Part shown: positions 32,308 to 38,837 of the stretch, in pieces
Numbering within the stretch: position 1 is the stretch's first letter
Layout of the letters: each line of letters opens with the position of its first letter
Origin: Luminiphilus sp.
Lineage (GTDB): Bacteria > Pseudomonadota > Gammaproteobacteria > Pseudomonadales > Halieaceae
NCBI GenBank assembly: GCA_016778085.1
Contig: JADHQF010000001.1
Span: 1 to 40,971, forward strand
Direction: 5' to 3'
DNA: 40,971 nucleotides
Made by a program: the position numbers and the translations under genes
Notes under the pieces: model-generated
The model's input: the letters and a program-made list of their open reading frames with translations, nothing else
Told to the model about the DNA's origin: nothing
Databases searched by the model: none

Positions 32308-32384
32308 GGTGGCTGTAGCTCACCAGGTAGAGCACCGGATTGTGGCTCCGGAGGTAGCGGGTTCGAGACCCGTCAGCCACCCCA
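32308..32384 (+). tRNA. tRNA-His(GUG)
   Basis: G-1 plus GTGGCTG/CAGCCAC acceptor with C73 discriminator, anticodon arm CCGGA-TTGTGGC-TCCGG (GTG at 32342-32344), encoded CCA. Confidence 0.95.
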
Positions 32385-32532
32385 CTTATTCATTGGCAGC
32401 GACTTACTCTTCTCTTTGGCTCTTATCTTTGGTGGTGCTGTAAGCGGTTTCAGTTGGCATAGAGCCACGCCTCATGGCGCTACACTCGCCGGTTACCGGC
32501 TGGTGGGTGCAGTGAGGTAAGATTTAGAGGAG

Positions 32533-32560
32533 AAAAAAAGAAGGGGCAATCCATGCCCCT
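32533..32560 (-). terminator. Rho-independent terminator (minus strand)
   Basis: Minus strand AGGGGCA-TGGAT-TGCCCCT followed by TCTTTTTTT; no U-tract in the plus direction. Confidence 0.8.
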
Positions 32561-32631
32561 GTAAGGTGTGTTTCGGGCCTGGGTCTTATGGCCTTCCTTG
32601 GCCACCCGCAACACGCTCGTCGTCCTGACTT
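32533..32631 (-). ncRNA. Putative CsrA/RsmA-binding small RNA (Csr/Rsm-like)
   Basis: Three hairpins with GGA in the loop (GTC-AGGAC-GAC; TGGCC-AAGGAA-GGCCA; GGGGC-ATGGAT-TGCCCC), a matching upstream promoter and a terminal U-tract; no ORF in the track. Confidence 0.62.
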
Positions 32632-32637
32632 GGACCA

Positions 32638-32666
32638 ATAATGTTGCAAAACGAAATAAAAATCAA
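32638..32666 (-). promoter_or_regulatory. sigma70-type promoter for the putative sRNA
   Basis: Minus strand TTGATT (32666-32661)-N17-CATTAT (32643-32638), placing +1 near 32631. Confidence 0.55.
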
Positions 32667-32848
32667 GCAAATTGCGAATTGCACTCACAGATGGCTGGCG
32701 GCCGTATTATCTATATATAAAACAATGTTTTAACCTATATTTTTCAGAAATAATTGCCGCTAAATGCTTAATTTTATCGTCTATTTGGTACTTTTGACGC
32801 AAAATGCACACCCGATGATCGCAAAACCCTAAAGCCGCACGTCGCCCA

Positions 32849-33652
32849 TCACTGAGCGGGTAGGTAACGCGACAGCAGCGCAGTCAAGAATTCAGGATTG
32901 GCCCACTGATGCCCCGCTTGAGAAAAGGCCTCCAGGCTCTCTTGATCCGGGAAAGAGTAATAGGACCCAGTCTGTGCGGGCGCCCGTGCGTCGGGTTCCT
33001 GACCCGCCTCAATCATATCGACGACTTTGAGGATCGCCGCACAGCCTGCCGGATAGAGTCCGATGGTATTACCCAAATAACACTGGTGCGGGTCTCTCTC
33101 GTTGCGCTGAATGCTGATGATCCGGCCTGTATCTATGGTTGCGTCATCTATCCAGTGCAGGGTGCTACAGAGCAGTTTGTCATTGGCCAGCATGGCTCTA
33201 AAGGTTGCCATAACGCCGCGATACTCCGGGAGTCCGCCCGAGTGGAGGTTGAGCACGCCCTTGGCCGGCATCAACAGCGCGTCGGCTTCCAAAATACAGC
33301 CGTAACGGATTGAGATCATCAAGTCGGGCTCGGTGGCGGCCAGGGTGCGCAGGCCTCCCGCGGTATTGGGCTGGTTCAGGCTGGCCACCGGCGCGACCAG
33401 AAACTGCCCCAGAGCCTCAAAGGTGAGGAGCTCCCCCTGTTTCGGCTGTGCATCGATAAGCGGGAACAGGATTTTTAGCGGTAGCGTTTGTTCATAAAAC
33501 GATGCCGCAGCCAAACCGGGCGCTGCAGGCTGGCCTCCCACTCTGTCGGAGCAGAACACGTGGAGGTCGTGATGAGTCGAGAGCTCAGGTAGCAGCAAGT
33601 TAAGAGCGAAGTTACTCGCGAGATCTCGATTTGTGAGTAGGGTGATGCGCAC
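32849..33652 (-). CDS. Stand-alone formyltransferase family protein (Formyl_trans_N)
   Basis: EPDLMISIRY, LNLHSGGLPEYRG, TLHWIDDATIDTG catalytic motifs; start trimmed to GTG 33652 (MRITLLTNRD), with TTGGCA-N18-TATACT upstream (33732-33703). Confidence 0.85.
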   Translation of the reverse strand: MRITLLTNRDLASNFALNLLLPELSTHHDLHVFCSDRVGGQPAAPGLAAASFYEQTLPLKILFPLIDAQPKQGELLTFEALGQFLVAPVASLNQPNTAGGLRTLAATEPDLMISIRYGCILEADALLMPAKGVLNLHSGGLPEYRGVMATFRAMLANDKLLCSTLHWIDDATIDTGRIISIQRNERDPHQCYLGNTIGLYPAGCAAILKVVDMIEAGQEPDARAPAQTGSYYSFPDQESLEAFSQAGHQWANPEFLTALLSRYLPAQ

Positions 33653-34051
33653 AGGTATCTCTGGCCCTTGTCTCTTGCGGTCGCTCAGAATGATCAGCCG
33701 AGAGTATAGGAGCGGGTTTTCCAGGCTGCCAACGGTCGGAAACTGCGGCTCTGCCGCTTGCCGCGGCGATTTTGATCGGGTGGCGCTGGGCACAGGGCTG
33801 TCATAGCATTTCGATCTAAACAGCTACCTGTAAATGGGGGATTAGTCTTGGACAGCGGGTGCCGACCTACCTAATCTGATTGTGCGGCGTGAGGGAAAAA
33901 GACACAGTTCGGAGCATGGCTCCCCCTAACAAAACGATCCCCACGCCGCGGCTCTGGCCCGCATCTCCCCAATCGTCACCTCTTTGTTGTCTTGTCCGCT
34001 CGAGTTTGTTTGACTGCTTGGCGAGACGGCGTCGAGAGTGTTGAGTCACCC

Positions 34052-34834
34052 ATGTATCGTGTAATCACCTGTAACACCAACGGGATCCGCGCTGCGGCAC
34101 GCAAGGGATTCTTTGACTGGCTCGCACAACAGAAAGCCGATGTGGTATGTATTCAGGAGATCAAGGCCAAGGAAGAGCAGCTGGCTGACGCCGTTTTTTA
34201 CCCCAAGGGCTACCACTGTTATTACAACGAGGCAGAGCGACCGGGATATGCAGGCACTGCTATTTACTCTCGGCAGAAGCCCCAGAAGGTCACGACCCGG
34301 CTTGATTGGGATATCGTCGATTTAGAGGGGCGATACATCCAAGTGGATTTTCCCGGTTTGAGCGTCGTGTCGCTCTATGTGCCTTCAGGCTCAGCGTCCG
34401 AGGTCGCCCAAGCTCGCAAGGATGGGTTCATGGAGCCGTTCTATGAGCACCTCGCGGCTTTGAGGCGGAAGCGGAGAGAGTTTATTGTCTGCGCCGACTG
34501 GAATACCTGTCATCAAAATATCGATCTCAAAAACTGGCGAAGTAATCGGAAAAATTCGGGTTTTATGCCCCACGAGCGCGCTTGGCTGGACCGAATCTAT
34601 GATGAGCTTCAGTGGGTAGATATTTTTCGCGAGATCACCGACGAGCCGGATCTGTATACCTGGTGGTCCAATCGGGGGCAGGCCTGGGCGAATAATGTCG
34701 GATGGCGACTGGACTACATGCTGGTCACGCCCGGTTTGTCAGGGACCGGTCGACGCCAGTCCATCTATCGTGACGAGAGATTTTCGGATCACGCGCCGCT
34801 CACGATAGACTTCGCGATTCCCAAGCCAAAATAG
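34052..34834 (+). CDS. xth: Exodeoxyribonuclease III / AP endonuclease (ExoA-type)
   Basis: NTNGIRA, CIQEIK, GYAGTA, EGR, YVPSG, DWN, YTWWSNR, WRLDY, SDHAP all intact; start trimmed to ATG 34052. Confidence 0.9.
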   Translation: MYRVITCNTNGIRAAARKGFFDWLAQQKADVVCIQEIKAKEEQLADAVFYPKGYHCYYNEAERPGYAGTAIYSRQKPQKVTTRLDWDIVDLEGRYIQVDFPGLSVVSLYVPSGSASEVAQARKDGFMEPFYEHLAALRRKRREFIVCADWNTCHQNIDLKNWRSNRKNSGFMPHERAWLDRIYDELQWVDIFREITDEPDLYTWWSNRGQAWANNVGWRLDYMLVTPGLSGTGRRQSIYRDERFSDHAPLTIDFAIPKPK

Positions 34835-34924
34835 ACCGATGACGGAGTAGGGATACGCCCCGGCGGTCTTGGTTTGAGGGTGCCGGTTACTCACATTCAC
34901 AGTGGCCAGCTTCTGATCCAGTGA

Positions 34925-34956
34925 AGTGCTGCGTATTACAGTGATAACGCAGTATT
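34925..34956. other. Imperfect inverted repeat between xth and yajC
   Basis: AGTGCTGCGT...ACGCAGTATT pairs with two G-U wobbles, followed by GTTGTCTTT; possible weak terminator or operator. Confidence 0.35.
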
Positions 34957-35010
34957 GTTGTCTTTAATCGCAGGGCTTAGAGTGGCGCCCCGGTAACAGG
35001 AGAGTGATTC

Positions 35011-35352
35011 ATGTTAATTCCTCAGGCATATGCGCAAGCAGCGGGTCAGGCGCCGCAAGGCGGGGGGCTTTTCCTGCCATTGATGATGGTGGGTATTCTG
35101 CTGTTTATGTACTTCACGACCATTCGGCCTCAGAGAAAACGTCAAAAAGAACATGCGGGCATGGTGGCGGCCCTCAAGAAGGGTGACGAAGTTGCGTTGT
35201 CCTCCGGCATGCTGGGTAAGATCAGTGGGCTGGACGCCAACTATCTCGTGCTATCCGTTGGCAACAACGTCGAGCTGAAGTTTCAGAAGGTCCACGTTAC
35301 CTCGGTCTTGCCGAAAGGCACACTGAAGTCTGTTGGCGTTGACTCCGATTAA
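35011..35352 (+). CDS. yajC: Preprotein translocase subunit YajC
   Basis: IPQAYAQ, one TM helix, YFTTIRPQRKRQKEH, LKKGDEV..SGMLGKI, VLPKGTLK; AGGAG RBS. Confidence 0.93.
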   Translation: MLIPQAYAQAAGQAPQGGGLFLPLMMVGILLFMYFTTIRPQRKRQKEHAGMVAALKKGDEVALSSGMLGKISGLDANYLVLSVGNNVELKFQKVHVTSVLPKGTLKSVGVDSD

Positions 35353-36355
35353 GTACCCGCCGCGCCTTGATTTGGCGCGGATTCCCACCCCGCTTCAATT
35401 TTTGTCGCGCGCCTCAGATAAATGGGGTGCCGGCAAAAGACTCTGGATGAAGCGCGATGATCTGACGGGCTCTGCGCTGACGGGCAACAAAGTTCGTAAA
35501 TTGGAGTTTATTGCCGCGCACGCACTGGAGCATGGCTTTCAGACCCTCGTCACCTGCGGAGGCGTGCAGAGTAACCACTGCCGGGCGACCGCATTGGTCG
35601 CCGCTCAGTTGGGGCTCGACTGTCATCTGGTGCTGCGCGCCGATGACGAGCCTGAGCAAAACACCGGTAATTTCCTGTTGGATCAGCTGGCAGGGGCCAC
35701 CTTCGAGATTTTGCCGGCAAAAGAGTGGGCGACTCAGTTAAAGACAATCTATGCAAGGCGCGAGTCGGAGTTTTCGGAAGCAGGGCGTCCAGCGCTCATG
35801 ATCCCGACCGGAGGAAGTGACAGCCTGGGTGTGTGGGGTTATATCGCCGCGACTGAAGAGCTTCAAAGTGATCTTGATGATCATGGTATCGGGCGCGCCG
35901 CGCTCACTCTGGCAACGGGTTCAGCGGGCACCCAGACCGGACTGACCGCAGGAGTGGCGATGCTCGACCTACCAATTGATGTCGTGGCTTATGCCGTGTG
36001 TGACGATGCTGACTGGTTTAATCGGCGCGTGGCCGCAGATTGGCAGGCCTCGCTGGCGCGCTGGCCACAGCTACCACGAATAGATTTAGTGCCTAAGACG
36101 CGTGACCACTCGGTGGGTCCTGGGTATGGCCAGGCTGATGCGCCGGTGTACGAATTGATCGCCGAGTTGACCCGGCTGGAGGGTATCGTGCTGGATCCGG
36201 TCTACACAGGTAAGGCGTTTCATGGGTTGCTGGCTGATCTGCGCGAGGGTTTTTACCGAGACGTCGACGACATCATTTTTGTTCACACGGGCGGCGTGTT
36301 CGGATTGTTCGCTCACGAGCCCCAGTTGATGAGTGCTGCATCCGGCGCGAGCTGA
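35333..36355 (+). CDS. D-cysteine desulfhydrase family PLP enzyme
   Basis: PTPL, KRDDLTG..GNKVRKLEF, GGVQSNHCR, GSAGT, LDPVYTGKA, HTGG. TTG start at 35333 or 35339 is uncertain. Confidence 0.88.
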   Translation: MALTPIKYPPRLDLARIPTPLQFLSRASDKWGAGKRLWMKRDDLTGSALTGNKVRKLEFIAAHALEHGFQTLVTCGGVQSNHCRATALVAAQLGLDCHLVLRADDEPEQNTGNFLLDQLAGATFEILPAKEWATQLKTIYARRESEFSEAGRPALMIPTGGSDSLGVWGYIAATEELQSDLDDHGIGRAALTLATGSAGTQTGLTAGVAMLDLPIDVVAYAVCDDADWFNRRVAADWQASLARWPQLPRIDLVPKTRDHSVGPGYGQADAPVYELIAELTRLEGIVLDPVYTGKAFHGLLADLREGFYRDVDDIIFVHTGGVFGLFAHEPQLMSAASGAS

Positions 36356-36374
36356 TGGCTACGGTACAGCATGG

Positions 36375-36427
36375 CATCTCAGTTTTTGAGATGGCCTTGG
36401 GAGGCGGGCTGAAGTTGGTCAGTCCGC
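36375..36427. other. Two tandem hairpins upstream of the AGCS transporter
   Basis: CATCTCA-GTTTT-TGAGATG and GCGGGCTGA-AGTTGG-TCAGTCCGC. Confidence 0.4.
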
Positions 36428-36479
36428 GTGATGCACTGATATGCTCAGCGAGCACACTGGTTTGAGAGAAACGCACGCA

Positions 36480-37826
36480 ATGGAAGCCTTTATCGTCGAA
36501 ATCAATGCTTGGGCCTGGGGTGTGCCCATGCAGGTGCTGCTGCTCGGTACCGGCATTTTTCTGACCCTCGGCTTGGGATTTTTGACCTGGCGGCGCCTCG
36601 GATTTGCGTTCCGGCTGTTGCTCGGGGGGTTCAAGGGTCAGGGCGAGGGCGATATTCCGCCATTCAGGGCACTGATGACATCCCTCAGTGCGACCATTGG
36701 GACGGGCAATATTGCGGGCGTGGCGACGGCGATCACCTTGGGCGGGCCTGGCGCACTCTTCTGGATGTGGCTGACCGCGCTGTTTGGGATGGCAATGAAG
36801 TATGCCGAAGCCGTGCTGGCTGTTCGCTATCGAGAACAGGATGACAGAGGGGGCTACAGCGGCGGACCCATGTACTACATCCGCAATGGTCTAGGCCCGC
36901 GTTATGCGCTGCTGGGCGGGGCCTTTGCCCTGTTTGGCAGCATGGCGGGTTTTGGGCTGGCGAATACGGTCCAGTCCAATTCTGTCGCGCAGGTGCTAGG
37001 CGACCAATTTCAGATTCCATGGGCGCTAACCGGCGGCGTTTTGATGGTTGTTGTCGGTGCGGTCATTCTCGGCGGCATTCAGCGTATTGCTGCCACCGCC
37101 AGTGCCATTGTGCCGGCCATGGCGATTGCCTATGTGCTGATGAGTTTGATCGTCATTGGCTCGCACATTGAGGAGGTGCCCGGGGCGCTGGCGACCATCA
37201 TTGACAGTGCGTTCAATGGCGCTTCCGCCGCCGGTGGCTTCGCAGGAGCCACAGTCTGGGCGGCGATCCGCTTCGGTGTGGCCCGCGGGATATTTTCCAA
37301 CGAAGCGGGGCTAGGCAGCGCGCCGATCGCGCACGCTGCTGCCAAAACGAATGAGCCGGTGGAGCAGGGCCTGGTGGCGATGCTCGGCACCTTTATCGAT
37401 ACGCTCGTGGTCTGCACGATGACAGGTTTGGTGATTATGTTGACCGGTGTACTTGAGTCGGGCGTATCCGGCGCAAGCTTGACCGCGTCTGCTTTCGGCT
37501 CTGCCTTGCCAGGAGGCGAACTGGTCGTGACCCTCGGGGTGGTACTGTTCGCCACGACCACCATGATCGGCTGGTCGTTTTATGGCGAGCGGTGCGTCGT
37601 TTATCTCTTCGGTACCAAGGCTATCCTGCCATTCAGAATCCTCTGGGTATTGGCGATACCGGTGGGTGCGGGAACTGACTTGGGTTTGATCTGGTTGGTT
37701 GCCGATACGCTCAATGCTTTTATGGCGATCCCTAATCTCATCGCCTTGCTATTGCTGTCTCCCGTTGTATTTAAGTTATCACGTAGCTACTTCAGTCGAC
37801 GAAGTGTGGCTGCGGAATCGATCTGA
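36480..37826 (+). CDS. Sodium:alanine/glycine symporter (AGCS family)
   Basis: LSATIGTGNIAGVA, GGPGALFWMW, GGPMYYI, RGIFSNEAGLGS, FIDTLVVC, MAIPNLIA; start trimmed to ATG 36480. Confidence 0.93.
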   Translation: MEAFIVEINAWAWGVPMQVLLLGTGIFLTLGLGFLTWRRLGFAFRLLLGGFKGQGEGDIPPFRALMTSLSATIGTGNIAGVATAITLGGPGALFWMWLTALFGMAMKYAEAVLAVRYREQDDRGGYSGGPMYYIRNGLGPRYALLGGAFALFGSMAGFGLANTVQSNSVAQVLGDQFQIPWALTGGVLMVVVGAVILGGIQRIAATASAIVPAMAIAYVLMSLIVIGSHIEEVPGALATIIDSAFNGASAAGGFAGATVWAAIRFGVARGIFSNEAGLGSAPIAHAAAKTNEPVEQGLVAMLGTFIDTLVVCTMTGLVIMLTGVLESGVSGASLTASAFGSALPGGELVVTLGVVLFATTTMIGWSFYGERCVVYLFGTKAILPFRILWVLAIPVGAGTDLGLIWLVADTLNAFMAIPNLIALLLLSPVVFKLSRSYFSRRSVAAESI

Positions 37827-37831
37827 CGCTC

Positions 37832-38734
37832 GTGGCGGAGACGGGTGCGCAAAAGCTGGTGATCGCGATCTCGTCGCGGGCGCTGTTTAACCTTGACGAC
37901 GCGCATCGCATTTTCGAGCAAGAAGGTCTGGACGCCTATTCCGACTACCAAATAGAGAAAGAAGACGAGACGCTCGAGCCCGGGCAGGCTTTCCCAATGG
38001 TCAAGAAGTTATTGGCACTCAACAGCCAGCTTCCCGACTCGCTGGGCATCGAGGTGATACTGCTTTCTCGCAACAGTGCGGATACCGGTTTACGGGTCTT
38101 CAACTCTATCGAGCATTACGGGTTGGGGATTACCCGGGCGGCTTTTTGTGGCGGGGAGCCGCCGTGGCGTTACATCGAGGCGTTTGGTTGCCAATTATTT
38201 CTCTCCGCAGAGGGCGGCGATGTTCGGGTGGCGCTTGAGCACGGTGTGGCGGCAGCCACGCTGGTGTCCAATGCCGCTGCTGGAACGGGAGATGATCAAT
38301 TGCGGTTCGCTTTTGATGGTGACGCGGTGTTGTTCTCCGATGAGGCGGAGCAGATTTATAAGCGCGACGGGTTGGACGCCTTCGCCGCCAATGAGGATGC
38401 TGCCCGGAAACAGCCGCTCATGGGCGGGCCTTTCAAGAACTTTCTGGCTTCGCTGCAACGACTGCAGCAGGCCCTGCCTGCAGAGCATCCTCCCATCCGC
38501 ACGGCACTGGTGACGGCTCGTTCCGCGCCGGCTCACGAGCGGGTTATCCAAACGCTAAGAGCGTGGGACGTGCGCATCGATGAATCGATCTTTTTAGGCG
38601 GGCTTACCAAAACACAATTCCTAAAGGCCTATCGCGCCGACGTGTTTTTTGACGACCAGCAAGTGCACTGCAGCGACGCAGCGGGCCATGTTCCTACCGG
38701 GCATGTACCCCATGGTGTCGCTAACGCCGACTGA
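37832..38734 (+). CDS. 5'-nucleotidase (cN-I-like family)
   Basis: LVIAISSRALF, LSRNSADTGLRVFNS, AFDGDAVLFSDE, TARSAPAHER, FFDDQ. Confidence 0.92.
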   Translation: MAETGAQKLVIAISSRALFNLDDAHRIFEQEGLDAYSDYQIEKEDETLEPGQAFPMVKKLLALNSQLPDSLGIEVILLSRNSADTGLRVFNSIEHYGLGITRAAFCGGEPPWRYIEAFGCQLFLSAEGGDVRVALEHGVAAATLVSNAAAGTGDDQLRFAFDGDAVLFSDEAEQIYKRDGLDAFAANEDAARKQPLMGGPFKNFLASLQRLQQALPAEHPPIRTALVTARSAPAHERVIQTLRAWDVRIDESIFLGGLTKTQFLKAYRADVFFDDQQVHCSDAAGHVPTGHVPHGVANAD

Positions 38735-38752
38735 TTTGCTTATAAGAAATCA
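38732..38752. promoter_or_regulatory. Near-perfect palindrome upstream of cysB
   Basis: TGATTT-G-CTTATAAG-AAATCA in an AT-rich gap, ~85 nt before the cysB start. Confidence 0.45.
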
Positions 38753-38837
38753 AAATTTTATTCCTTCTTGCTAGTCACCCGCCAAAAAGGGGGGTAAGGT
38801 CTGACAGAAATCAGGAGCTCCAGAGAGGCGCTCGGAC

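Noticed and set aside
32015-32520. ORFs 32015..32230 (-) and 32197..32520 (+)
   Set aside because: They are translations of tRNA genes (e.g. VGVEGFEPPTSCSQSRRAT is a classic tRNA-Pro antisense artefact).
32099-32681. 11-bp inverted pair CAATTCGCAAT in both the tRNA promoter (32099-32109) and the sRNA promoter region (32671-32681)
   Set aside because: One 11-mer match over this span is not unlikely by chance and there is no transposase to make them terminal repeats.
32667-32689. Fur box implying a RyhB/PrrF-type iron sRNA
   Set aside because: Only 11/19 match by hand alignment, and the RNA has no PrrF/RyhB seed that I recognise; GGA loops fit Csr/Rsm better.
32385-33652. Prophage or genomic island integrated at tRNA-His/Pro
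   Set aside because: No integrase or mobile genes, and I saw no duplicated tRNA 3' end downstream.
33855-33900. TPP riboswitch (GGGTGC...CTGAT...GCGTGAGGGAA)
   Set aside because: Lacks the essential CTGAGA and ACCC/ACCTGA elements, and no thiamine gene is adjacent.
33867-34049. 60-aa minus-strand ORF upstream of xth
   Set aside because: No convincing RBS or motif; the region is better explained as non-coding.
34052-34834. crc call
   Set aside because: Catalytic residues lost in Crc are all present, so it is annotated as an Xth/ExoA nuclease.
34914-34935. RpoE/ChrR promoter TGATCC...GCGTA upstream of yajC
   Set aside because: Spacer is 11 nt instead of about 15.
35333-36355. ACC deaminase call
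   Set aside because: Has Thr at both diagnostic positions (YTGK, HTGG) instead of Glu and Leu.
36356-36479. Glycine riboswitch upstream of the AGCS transporter
   Set aside because: No GGAGA...CCGAAG...CTCTCAGG aptamer core, and the gap is too short for the tandem form.
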